The position numbers were made by a program, and so were the translations under genes. DNA of 64,000 nucleotides from NCBI RefSeq assembly GCF_053078305.1, contig NZ_CP166879.1; one strand, 5' to 3'. The notes beneath the pieces were generated by a model, which did no database searches, was not told the DNA's origin, and saw nothing but the letters and a program-made list of their open reading frames with translations. This document shows positions 17,719 to 27,748 of this stretch, piece by piece. Positions within the stretch are counted from its first letter, which is position 1, and the number at the start of each line of letters is the position of its first letter.

Positions 17719-18420
17719 TCAACAGGCGTATAACAGGTACTCGTCAATCATCAGTTCCAGCTCGCGCTTTTCCCGTTTGCGCGCCACAGCCCAGTTTTCA
17801 AGCTCTGCATGTGATTTATGCTTTAACTCTTCAGTCCAGGGCTGCATGGAGTGGGCACACATCAGATCATACCAGCACAGCCATATCAGCGTGTGGTAGA
17901 GATCACGATCGTCGAAACGCCGGAGCAGGCTGTTCAGCCTGTTTGCCAGCCGGTTTTCACCCAGACGATGTGGCTCACTGAGTAAAACGCCGCCCAGATT
18001 AAAATGTGTAAGCAGCATGATTTCATGGGTCTGAATGCTGGTCATTAACCCTTCCTGAATGGCAGGAATGAACGGTGGTGTTCCCGGGTTGACGACCTGA
18101 TAGAGTCCCTGTGGTGCCACTGAGATGATAGTGCCTTTTTCCGGCAGAAAAAAGTGTGCCAGGGTCAGACGGTGATAACCATGAAGATGCGGAGACCCCA
18201 TTCCATGAGCGACGATAAGCCTCGTTCTGATGCTGGATGAGCAGCAGCTCACACCGGTTTTCAAGTTTTTGCATAATATTCTCTCCTTTAGCGCGCAGCA
18301 AAATGCCTCCGGGGGCCGGATCATGCCTTTGCTGCGGTGGAACGGATAACGGTCAGGAATTACGGACGGGACTGTGCAATACGCGCCTGCAGCCAGGCTT
18401 CCACTTCGCTTTTCAGCCAT
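17719..18420 (-). CDS. Hypothetical protein, probably frameshifted or with a later start
   Basis: Long ORF overlaps alpA by 60 nt; a GGAGAG-ATG start at 18265-18267 opens a different frame (ORF 18023..18301) that runs only 92 codons before stopping, with the long frame offset from it by one base. Confidence 0.3.
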   Translation of the reverse strand: MAEKRSGSLAAGAYCTVPSVIPDRYPFHRSKGMIRPPEAFCCALKERILCKNLKTGVSCCSSSIRTRLIVAHGMGSPHLHGYHRLTLAHFFLPEKGTIISVAPQGLYQVVNPGTPPFIPAIQEGLMTSIQTHEIMLLTHFNLGGVLLSEPHRLGENRLANRLNSLLRRFDDRDLYHTLIWLCWYDLMCAHSMQPWTEELKHKSHAELENWAVARKREKRELELMIDEYLLYAC

Positions 18421-18566
18421 CGGGAGCTACGGCCCAGTTTGATGGGGGCAGGAAAGGCACCATCCTTGATGAGCTTGTAAAACCATTTATCGGTCAGGCC
18501 GGTCAGCTGAGTGATAAACGACATGTCGACCATCTGGTCATCCATCAGTGAAACTGGGGTATTCAT
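18360..18566 (-). CDS. alpA: AlpA-family phage/island transcriptional regulator
   Basis: 68-aa product from Met at 18566 with GGAGG RBS; AlpA-type HTH (…LTGLTDKWFYKLIKDGAFPAPIKLGRSSRWLKSEVEAWL). Confidence 0.75.
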   Translation of the reverse strand: MNTPVSLMDDQMVDMSFITQLTGLTDKWFYKLIKDGAFPAPIKLGRSSRWLKSEVEAWLQARIAQSRP

Positions 18567-18951
18567 GAAAATGTTCCTCCGGATGTTGTTAATCTCAACC
18601 AGCGTTGGTGATGAAAACAACGCACCACCTTCCCCGGCATAACAACCGGGGAAAAACGTAAAAAATGAGTAGGGGAATATTCCTGCCAGGAGAGAAACTG
18701 TTGTGTACAGGCAATACAGGTTGTCTGTTTTGTCAGTGAAGCCGGTATAAACGGAAGATGATTTTGTGTTGCCGGAATATGGGATGGCGTTTTGCCGTGA
18801 CGGGATCAGTATTTTCAGTGATGATTATTACTGCACAGGGGAGTATCGGAGATAAACCACGCCCTGTACCTGCCAGAGCGGTGGTTTGTATTTACTGAAC
18901 GGAAGATAAAGCAGAGGTAAACACTGTCGCGGTGAAGGTAGAAGGCTGAAA

Positions 18952-19743
18952 TTATTCTCTGTAATTACAAACAACAGTGATCTTATCCGGTTTTTTTACC
19001 GTTACGGGTTTCAGAGGGTCAATTTTATATACAGGGGTAATGAGCACGCCGGAATTTATGGAAAAAAGAGGGACCCAGCAATAAACGTCCGGATATTTCT
19101 GTGTCTCCGGAATACCTTTTGCGCCAGAGACCATCAGATCTGTAACGCTCACAAAAAATGACTGCCGCAAATCAAAAAAGTACTCGTTATATATCACATC
19201 CTTTGCCAGCAGGATGACGGCATTACCAACAGCCGCTTTTACAGGTATTTTATCAGATGGATTATCGTGATTGTATATTGTTCTTTCGATATAAATAAAA
19301 CAGGCATATTTCGTCTTCTCCCCGGATAGCTGCATCTGGTATTCGCAAATGTCTTTGATACACCGACTTTCAACCCTTCCAATCATCTTATCCCGGCGAT
19401 AGTGTCTTTTATGTTTCAGCGCGTACAGAACACCATTTGAACTGTCAAACTCCAGGATTCTTCTGGTGAAAAGTTTGTTTTCCCAGATTTCCAGACAATA
19501 CTTCTCTGCACTGACGACATTGCGTTTGCGAGGAAGATCCCGTTGATACACTCCATTTAATAAGCGTGACTGCAGTTCGCCTGCAAGTTGATAATAACAG
19601 TTAATATCGTTAAGGACAGGTGCTGTGGCGCTGAGTAATGCGTTGATTACCTTAGAGCGCGAAAGTTTGTGGGTATGACAGTACTCATCCACAATTCGCA
19701 GCGTCTCATCACTGGTCATATTGAAAGTTATACGTGTTGTCAT
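18952..19743 (-). CDS. Hypothetical protein with N-terminal ribbon-helix-helix-like region
   Basis: 263-aa ORF in visibly AT-rich DNA; N-terminus TRITFNMTSDETLRIVDEYCHTHKLSRSKVINALL has the strand-helix-helix pattern of CopG/Arc-type RHH domains; remaining ~215 aa unassigned. Confidence 0.5.
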   Translation of the reverse strand: MTTRITFNMTSDETLRIVDEYCHTHKLSRSKVINALLSATAPVLNDINCYYQLAGELQSRLLNGVYQRDLPRKRNVVSAEKYCLEIWENKLFTRRILEFDSSNGVLYALKHKRHYRRDKMIGRVESRCIKDICEYQMQLSGEKTKYACFIYIERTIYNHDNPSDKIPVKAAVGNAVILLAKDVIYNEYFFDLRQSFFVSVTDLMVSGAKGIPETQKYPDVYCWVPLFSINSGVLITPVYKIDPLKPVTVKKPDKITVVCNYRE

Positions 19744-20069
19744 GATGATGTTTTCTGTTAATCATACGGGTTGATATGCATAACATTTCATAAAAAATAC
19801 TTTTAATTCATATAATTGATTTTTTGACTGGTTTTATCCTCGTGTGGTGGAAAGCAGTATTACTGCCACTGTAGCCAGCATAAATCTATCACACAGAACC
19901 ACCGAAAATGAAGCATTGCTCAGGGGAACACTCATACGAGTTCTCTGAACTGTGATAACCAGTATTTTTCGTTTTGGATGATTTGTTTATCGTTACAGCT
20001 ACAGGTAGTTCATGTACCATTAAAAAATAATTAAGGTTAATTAGTATTATTTATAGAAGTATGTTTATG

Positions 20070-20900
20070 TAACTCTACCTTGTAAATGAACTCTGTCATT
20101 GTACCTTGTAATTCTATCCTGTAATTCTACCTCGTAAATACACCTTGTAACCAGGTCCTGCAGAAGTCTGTCTCATAGAAGTATCTGTGCAGCGATATTC
20201 TCTGTAGTACTTGTAACACTGTCCTTAACCCTCTCTGCTGCAATGTAATCCCGTAACACCTGAATATAAATCTGTAATGTACACACTGACTGTAACGTAC
20301 TTTGTTAAGTAATGCCTGTTGTGTGGAGACTATTCTGGGTCCGCCATTGCTTTTGTGCGTTTGTGTAAGTGTTTTTGGCTAAATAAGAGTATGACTTCGC
20401 CAGTGTTGATACAGTGGATAACGGTGATTAAGGAATTACTGTTAATGATCTGTTCCTGCAGCTTACCTGATGAGTTTTGGTAGTAATACGTAAAAGAGTA
20501 TGCCTTATACCATTAAAAACAGCCTTACGGCGTGTTGTTTAACCCTGTACCTCTGTTACTCATGTAGTACGTTACGGAAAACTACGTTAATTGTCATATC
20601 GGGTTATGGCGTTATGCCTTCAGTATTAAAAACATTTTTTACCGGAGAAACAGGGAAGTGGAAAGGCTTTCGGGATAACGTCAGGCCATTCTGACGGTAT
20701 TACGTTAATCACAGTACAGGATAACGGGAGGGTAATGGAATTTTAAACCAGAGTAGTTCCGCTGTTGTTCACTGGAAAAAGTGATTGCCCACACGCGTTA
20801 TAAACGCCTTCCCGCTTCAGTCTGGTTACCAGAGCTTCAGGCGTTATATGCGCTGTAACGGGCTGTTACGTATGCTGTTCTCTGTCTGCTTCTGATACCC
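20070..20900. repeat. Dense array of short GTAAC/GTTAC-core repeats (iteron-like) in AT-rich intergenic region
   Basis: At least 20 copies of yCTTGTAAy, CTGTAATG, CTGTAACG, CGTTACGG, ACGTTAAT, GGATAACG, GCTGTTACG in both orientations between divergent genes 18952-19743(-) and 20996-21595(+). Confidence 0.6.
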
Positions 20901-20995
20901 GTGGACGTCGTTACCGGAGGTCACCCTGCCTGATAACGTTTTCTTCAAATTTACGGCAACGCGTCTTCCTGTGTTACAGAACACGAGGAAGAAAC

Positions 20996-21595
20996 ATGAA
21001 GACTTACAACGCCAATCCCGGTTACGAAATGGATCCCCAGCTCCTGACACACTTTAATCAGCATCTGGATTCATTATTCGGGGTCTATTCGAAGCTGTTA
21101 CCGTTCAGAATGGATTTTGCTTACCGAAAAAACACATTCAGCTACGGATGCGCCTGCAGGTACGCCATGTGCGCGGAGATGCTGCAACTGATTAACGAGG
21201 TGGGAGAGAAACTGGTCGGGTATGCCTGGGTGATGGAATATACAGAACGTAAAGGGCTTCACATTCATTTTGTGGGCTATCTGAACGGTCAGATCCACAG
21301 GAGTTCGTATCTGGTATCCAGATTGATGGGAGATATCTGGAGGCGGGTTACCGGGGGGGATGGTTACTACCACTGGTGCCGGTTTAATAAAAATTATCCG
21401 GTAAACATTAATCACGTCATTCACTATTCAGACCACAAAGCGGTGAATGCTTTACGCTATGCCATTAGCTACCTTGCCAAACGAGAACAGAAAGAATGTG
21501 GCATCGTTCTTGGTTGCAGCAGGCTTCCTGAAAAAAGTCACCGGGGGCGACCGCGACTGGACAGCACCCTGCCGGGGATATGTTCTCAGGTATAA
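20996..21595 (+). CDS. HUH-motif protein (candidate inovirus-Gp2 / YagK-YfjJ family)
   Basis: 199-aa ORF with GAGGAAG RBS; candidate HUH motif (GLHIHFVGY) and Tyr motif (RYAISYLAKRE) resembling rolling-circle Rep/relaxase motifs II and III. Confidence 0.5.
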   Translation: MKTYNANPGYEMDPQLLTHFNQHLDSLFGVYSKLLPFRMDFAYRKNTFSYGCACRYAMCAEMLQLINEVGEKLVGYAWVMEYTERKGLHIHFVGYLNGQIHRSSYLVSRLMGDIWRRVTGGDGYYHWCRFNKNYPVNINHVIHYSDHKAVNALRYAISYLAKREQKECGIVLGCSRLPEKSHRGRPRLDSTLPGICSQV

Positions 21596-21970
21596 GGTTC
21601 TGAGCGACAACTGCGGACTGGCTCTAATCTTTGCAGTCGGTTCCGGAGGCTACTTCAGAGGCACTATGCATTTTTTACGATGTGGTTACTCCGTATGAAC
21701 GAAACCATACGGAGACTTAACCATACATGACACACCAGTAAAACCCCTGATGGCTGCAACGGTGCTGCATGCGCTGGATGTCCATCTCTGCTTGCTGACA
21801 GTTTTTTACGTCGGTGGGCCATTGTGTGACAACCACAGTGCTGTAACAGCAGCCTGCCTGTTTTACCTTAACCCCATTCCAGATTTTTAACTGAACCGCC
21901 ATTCACACCCTGACCACGCTGCCCGTACCGGGACGCTTGCTGCCTGCGTGTCGTCTGGCGGCTGAGGAAT

Positions 21971-22360
21971 ATGACGATGTACGCAAAATCTTTTCTCGCA
22001 TTCGATGGCAACGGATGCCTGACCGTTGCCCGTACTGCACAGACAGCGCCTTACGATCGATACACCTGTCACCTTTGCGGCAGTGCGCTCAGATACCACC
22101 CGCAATGCGATACCGAACGTCCCTGGTTTGAACACACTGGCGAAGGGCTGGCTGAGCACGGTCATGAGTGCCCTTATGTCAGACCGGAGCGCAGAGAAAT
22201 ACTGTTGATTAAACGCTTACAGCAATGGGTACCGGATGCCTTACCCGTGGTGCGTAAAGCCAGCTGGCACTGCAGACAATGCCAGCACGATTATTATGGG
22301 GAGCGGTACTGCACACACTGTCATACAGGGCGTTTCAGTGAGGAGGCAGTGGCAGGATGA
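21971..22360 (+). CDS. Cys-rich putative zinc-ribbon protein (paralog 1)
   Basis: 129 aa; CxxC near N-terminus (CHLCGS), WFEH motif, C-terminal WHCRQC-x10-CTHCH zinc-ribbon-like pattern. Confidence 0.5.
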   Translation: MTMYAKSFLAFDGNGCLTVARTAQTAPYDRYTCHLCGSALRYHPQCDTERPWFEHTGEGLAEHGHECPYVRPERREILLIKRLQQWVPDALPVVRKASWHCRQCQHDYYGERYCTHCHTGRFSEEAVAG

Positions 22361-22782
22361 ACGGTCTAAAAACGGGGCTGGGGATGACGCCGGGTGAGCA
22401 CATTATCAGTGCCGATTCTGCGCTCAGCAGAAATATCAGGCATTGTTTCTGCCTTTCCTGTCGTGGTCGGTTGATTTTGCAGACAGATGCTCAGGGGGCG
22501 TGGTTTGAGCATGATTTACATGCCCTGAGCGAGCAACAGAAGGCGGCCTGTGTGGTGCTGAATCCGGAAAAATCCCATCCTTACATTGATGATATGGCGA
22601 TGTTTTTATCGCCATTACCGGTCGTACTGGAGTGGCATTGTGTGATGTGTGAGCAGTTTTTTCATGGGAAGAAATTCTGTGAGGCCTGTGGTACGGGGAT
22701 TTATTGCAGAGCAACATGTACGAAGTCTGTTTACAGCTACCAGCCAGATTTGTACCAGGACTGCGGAGGTGCGAGTACTTAA
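22357..22782 (+). CDS. Cys-rich putative zinc-ribbon protein (paralog 2)
   Basis: 141 aa; same architecture as paralog 1 (CFCLSC, WFEH, WHCVMC-x10-CEAC); start overlaps upstream stop (ATGA), GAGGAGG RBS. Confidence 0.5.
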   Translation: MNGLKTGLGMTPGEHIISADSALSRNIRHCFCLSCRGRLILQTDAQGAWFEHDLHALSEQQKAACVVLNPEKSHPYIDDMAMFLSPLPVVLEWHCVMCEQFFHGKKFCEACGTGIYCRATCTKSVYSYQPDLYQDCGGAST

Positions 22783-23253
22783 TCCAAAATATCCGCTCTG
22801 CGCAGGGCGTTCAGAGGTATTGCCAGCCTGCATTTTATCCGGTGTTTCGCACCCACCCCGTTCGTGACACAAAGGCGCGACACCGGATATCCGCAGTCCT
22901 GCTTACCTGAATAAAACCCGGGGGATTGATTGTGTACTGTGGTGCGAAATCGCACCGTGATCGCGGATTCGCCGAATCTGCACTGTGGTGTCAATAAACC
23001 ACACGCGAGAGTCCTCTCCGTATTGATCAGTGCATCAGGACGATTTCTGCATTGTTAATCCAGGGGCTGCATTATTCATTTCCCTGCTAATGGACGTTAC
23101 ATCCTAGATATTCATGATCCTGATTTCCCTGAGCAGTATCAGCGCTTATTGGAGCGTCTGGATTATCTGACGAAGCCCGGTACTAAAGCATCAGGCCAGC
23201 GTAACTCTGGCTACAGCGGTTTTTGACCTGTTGTAACTGTAAGGTGATTTATT

Positions 23254-23820
23254 ATGTATACAGAATCAAACGTTAAGCTTTCCTGTAACGCCCTCTGGCA
23301 AAAGTGTGTCCTTGCAACTCTGTATCGGGCTGCAGCCACACATCCTGAAATTAAATTATTACAATTTAAATTAATACCTTGCCCTGGTATTAATAAGGCC
23401 ATTCCCTCTCTGATGGCTGATTTTACTGGTGAACTGCATAGACTCATTTCTGAATATTTGCAGTGCAAGCGACGTAAAGATAAATCTGTTGAGCCCACCC
23501 CTTTATATTATCTCTGGAGTAGGGAGGCTGTGGCTAACGGTACCACTCCTTATCTTATGGTGCTGCTACTTAATAATGATGTCTGGTGTAAGAGTCGTGA
23601 GGTGGTGGTTCTCAGAAATCTGATTGAGCAGGCGTGGGGAAAAGTATTGGGTGAAGATAACTCCATTACACATCTGGTTGTGTATCCTGAAGTGCTGTCG
23701 TTGGTATTTGATGCAGCTAACACATACAACGCTGAGCCTGGTGTACTGGAACAGACAGCCCGGGCTTACATTGAATCGCATGGTGCTGTTGAACGTTATC
23801 TTGGGTGTAGTGACTTTTAA
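23254..23820 (+). CDS. Hypothetical protein
   Basis: 188-aa ORF with AAGGTGA RBS 8 nt upstream of ATG; no motif recognised. Confidence 0.45.
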   Translation: MYTESNVKLSCNALWQKCVLATLYRAAATHPEIKLLQFKLIPCPGINKAIPSLMADFTGELHRLISEYLQCKRRKDKSVEPTPLYYLWSREAVANGTTPYLMVLLLNNDVWCKSREVVVLRNLIEQAWGKVLGEDNSITHLVVYPEVLSLVFDAANTYNAEPGVLEQTARAYIESHGAVERYLGCSDF

Positions 23821-24267
23821 CGTCAGGTGACGCATTGTCACTTCTGACCTGCTACCTGTACGCCGGAATATAATGGTCAGAGAGGCATATTTCGACGCCC
23901 CTAATCTGGGGCGTTTGATTCTGGATGTCTGGAACAATCCGGGCTTTGTGTCACCGGGCGCATCAAAGCAGTACCACCCGGGATGTGGCGCTGGATCGTC
24001 ATTTACCGGACTGCGAAGACATACTTAAAGAGGTGATATGGGCGTTCAGTGATTTTGTCCGCGATAATCGTGGTGTGTATGATCCGGAAGCCCGTTACCC
24101 CGCCGGTAATACCTGGTATCCCGTAACAGGCCAGTTCTGAAAGCACAGCTCAGCAGATTCCCCGCATTCGCACAATCTTCATAAATCTCACAGAGGACAT
24201 TCTGACCATGTTGACTACAACAAGCCACGACAGCGTATTTCTGCGTGCCGATAATTCCCTGATTGAC

Positions 24268-24516
24268 ATGAACTATATCACCAGTTTCACCGGTATGACC
24301 GACAGAGGGTTTTATAAGCTGATCAGTGAAGATTCATCAAGCCGGGCCGATCCAGCCGCAGGTATAAAAGCGAAGTGTCACAGTAGATACAGTAACGAAT
24401 CGAAGAATCACGGGGGCAGAAGTATGAAACGTGTTGTGATACCGGTACGCTGGCAATGTTCAACGTGTCAGCGCTGGTATTGTGGCGCTGTTCCCTGGTG
24501 CTGGTCCCCCCCGTGA
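24268..24516 (+). pseudogene. alpA-like gene remnant
   Basis: Only the first ~22 codons (MNYITSFTGMTDRGFYKLISED) resemble AlpA (compare MSFITQLTGLTDKWFYKLIKDG at 18360-18566); the rest of the ORF is unrelated. Confidence 0.5.
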
Positions 24517-25712
24517 ATCTTCCTGCGTCCCCTCCGGTCAGCCGGCACTTTGTCATCCTGACTGATTCATCATTCCTTTCATATTGCCAGTCACAGCTGC
24601 TTGCATCGAACCGTACTTGTGTTGATGCGTCTGCACCGACTTAACCAAATTCAACAGAGATAAAATAGTGCAAATCACCGAAGCCTTACTTTCAGAGCCG
24701 GGGGAAATCCGGCGTTTTGTTCAGCAGGCGGTGGATCACTGGCCGCATCTGCTGGCAATCCACTTCACACTTCATTCGACCAGAGTAAATATTGATGATT
24801 ACTAGATTCGTGTATTTTATCAGGCATTTTACTTGCGAATAAATCCCCTTGTTATCCAGCGAAACCACACCGGTAGCTATTACCATATGTCGTAATACAC
24901 TAGTTACAGGAAAAACATGCAGGTTCCGCAATACGTTGTGTGTTGCTGCTTAGTCAGGATCTTTTCTTCCATGCGAGATACGACAACACTTTTGAGGAAG
25001 GATGTTCGTAACTGGTAGAGTTACTACAACAGGCATGGGAGGCTCCGGCTCTGACAGACATTGTACTGTGGAATGTTGTTACAGGTTGGGGCGGCAACCG
25101 TGCCAGGAGACTATGAGCCGTTCACGGCATTAAAGGCCACACTTCAGTCGTTTACATTCCCTGTGGTGGCAGGCATCTTCCGTTAAGGCGTCAGAGCGTT
25201 ACCAACGTTATGTTGTCATGGCTCACCTTTCATAGTCGATGCTTATCTGGTGACTGAAACTAGCCGCAGATAAAGAGTGTGAAGTTGATACCATGGAGTG
25301 GAGTGACGTGCAGGCAGGAGATTCGCTCTATGCAGGGTTGTGAGATGAATTCAAACCGGCTGTCAGCGCCAGTGATATTTGAAGATTCGTCCGGTTGTTA
25401 TCCAGTGTGCATTAAAAACCCAGACATTATGGACAATACAACGGCTTCCATAACAGGGAGGAGCCTGTTTATTATCCGGGCGTAATGACTCACCTTTGTG
25501 GGCTTTTTCCCGTCGCGCTTTTAACGTTGAAGGCATTTTCTGCCTGCCGATTCAGGACAGCGACAAAAGCCATATCAGACTATTGGTCAATGATGACCAG
25601 CGTCTGGAGTAGATGATAAGCCAAATTGATAAGCTGGAATATGTGATGAAAGTGCAACGTAATCAGTCCAATCCGACGATGTTTAACAAGAGTACGGTGT
25701 TTTTTCAGTAAG

Positions 25713-26498
25713 TCATTCGTCTTCTGAATCAGGTGTAATGATCTTTACAGAAGCATTCCGGCAGTGCGTAACATAATCTGCCGGTAACGGACGATCGCTA
25801 ATCAGAACATCAAATGCAGAGAGCGGTGCGAGGCTGGCAGAGGCTACTTCATCGAACAAGGCGTGGCGGGCGAGCAAAATTTTCCGTAGTCCACGGGCCA
25901 TCGCTTTACGCTTAGTGGCAAGATCTTCGGGATTAAACCAGCTGACGCCAAAGTGATCATGTACACCGCTGGCGGAAATAAATATTTTTCGCGGATTGAG
26001 AGAGTCTAATGGCGAAGAGTTACTGGCATCGTAAAAAGCATCACTTCTGGCACGATACGTACCACCACAAAGTATTGCTGTCACATTAGGTTTTTCATTC
26101 AACGCAACAAAGACACGATGTGAGTAACAGATGCCAGTGAAGGTGATTGCATCCGGGATCATGCTTATAACGAGCGGTATCTCCTGGCCATTATCAAAGA
26201 AGATCAGATCATTTTCATTAACCATTCCGGCGGCCAGAATTGCAATAGGTAAGTCATCACGATGATTTCTCGGAACGTCCTGGATTACTGGCATGGATGG
26301 TGCGGGTTTATGCACCATTACAATATAGCCACCCAGTAGGGTCAGTGGCAGAGGTTCATCTTCCTGATGGAGATCGCGACGAATAGTCATTACAGAAACT
26401 TCCAGCATTCGTGCCGCGTCTTTCAAATGGATTCTGTCGGTTTTCTTAAGTATTTCAATCAAACGTCGGATACGCTCTTTTTGCTTCGTTTCCATCAA
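25713..26498 (-). CDS. deoQ: DeoR-family transcriptional regulator (DeoQ-like)
   Basis: 261 aa; N-terminal DeoR-type HTH (…ARMLEVSVMTIRRDL) plus sugar-binding-like C-terminal domain; divergent from the kinase gene. Confidence 0.75.
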   Translation of the reverse strand: MMETKQKERIRRLIEILKKTDRIHLKDAARMLEVSVMTIRRDLHQEDEPLPLTLLGGYIVMVHKPAPSMPVIQDVPRNHRDDLPIAILAAGMVNENDLIFFDNGQEIPLVISMIPDAITFTGICYSHRVFVALNEKPNVTAILCGGTYRARSDAFYDASNSSPLDSLNPRKIFISASGVHDHFGVSWFNPEDLATKRKAMARGLRKILLARHALFDEVASASLAPLSAFDVLISDRPLPADYVTHCRNASVKIITPDSEDE

Positions 26499-26800
26499 CG
26501 CTCTCTCCGTAAAAATGTTATAAAAATAACATTATGGCATTAGTAAACATTGTTTTAGTTACCATACTATACGACCGACCCTTTGAAATGAAAAGGGTAT
26601 AGACTGCTGAATTTTCGGTATTAATCCTGTTAGGTTGCTTATGATTAGATAGTGTTGGCCTGAGTGATAAGACTGGAAGTCTATTAAATAAACATCGGGT
26701 TGATGTGCTAATCGCGATCTCAGTCACAAATGATGCAAAAGTAACATGCTAATGTTATTTAAATACCATTGTTATGCGAAAGTTTATAAGAGGTAGTGAA

Positions 26801-27721
26801 ATGGACATTGCAGTTATTGGTTCCAATATGGTGGATCTCATTACTTACACTAATCAGATGCCTAAAGAAGGAGAAACTCTGGAAGCACCTGCCTTCAAAA
26901 TCGGATGTGGTGGGAAAGGTGCTAATCAAGCGGTGGCGGCGGCTAAATTGAATTCAAAAGTCCTGATGCTGACTAAAGTAGGTGATGATATTTTTGCGGA
27001 TAATACTATTCGTAATCTTGAATCTTGGGGAATTAATACCACTTATGTTGAGAAAGTCCCCTGTACCAGCAGTGGTGTTGCGCCGATCTTTGTTAATGCT
27101 AACTCGAGCAATAGTATTTTAATAATTAAGGGGGCGAATAAATTTCTTTCCCCGGAAGATATCGATCGAGCTGCAGAAGATCTGAAAAAATGCAAATTGA
27201 TCGTTTTACAACTGGAAGTTCAACTGGAAACAGTTTACCACGCGATTGAGTTTGGTAAGAAAAATGGTATTGAAGTGTTATTAAATCCGGCTCCGGCATT
27301 GCGTGAGTTAGATATGTCTTATGCCTGCAAATGTGATTTCTTTATCCCGAATGAAACAGAACTGGAAATATTAACCGGTATGTCGGTTGATACTTATGAT
27401 CATATTCGTTTGGCCGCACGTTCGTTAGTTGATAAAGGGCTGAACAATATTATTGTTACCATGAGCGAAAAAGGCGCATTATGGATGACCCGTGATCAGG
27501 AAGTCCATGTTCCTGCATTCAAAGTAAATGCTGTTGATACTAGTGGCGCTGGTGACGCATTTATTGGTTGCTTTTCCCATTATTATGTTCAAAGCGGTGA
27601 TGTTGAAGCCGCTTTGAAAAAAGCCGCTCTCTTTGCCGCTTTCAGCGTCACAGGGAAAGGTACGCAATCATCTTATCCGAGTATTGAACAATTTAATGAA
27701 TTTTTAACCTTAAACGAATAA
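26801..27721 (+). CDS. deoK: Ribokinase-family sugar kinase (deoxyribokinase DeoK-like)
   Basis: PfkB/ribokinase signatures (GGKGANQAVAAA near N-terminus; DTSGAGDAF near C-terminus); AAGAGG RBS 5 nt before ATG 26801. Confidence 0.8.
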   Translation: MDIAVIGSNMVDLITYTNQMPKEGETLEAPAFKIGCGGKGANQAVAAAKLNSKVLMLTKVGDDIFADNTIRNLESWGINTTYVEKVPCTSSGVAPIFVNANSSNSILIIKGANKFLSPEDIDRAAEDLKKCKLIVLQLEVQLETVYHAIEFGKKNGIEVLLNPAPALRELDMSYACKCDFFIPNETELEILTGMSVDTYDHIRLAARSLVDKGLNNIIVTMSEKGALWMTRDQEVHVPAFKVNAVDTSGAGDAFIGCFSHYYVQSGDVEAALKKAALFAAFSVTGKGTQSSYPSIEQFNEFLTLNE

Positions 27722-27748
27722 TCATCCTGCACAGTTAAAGGTAGCACT

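Noticed and set aside
20070-20900. Possible CRISPR array
   Set aside because: Repeats are 8-10 bp, irregularly spaced and in both orientations; no regular repeat-spacer structure and no cas genes.
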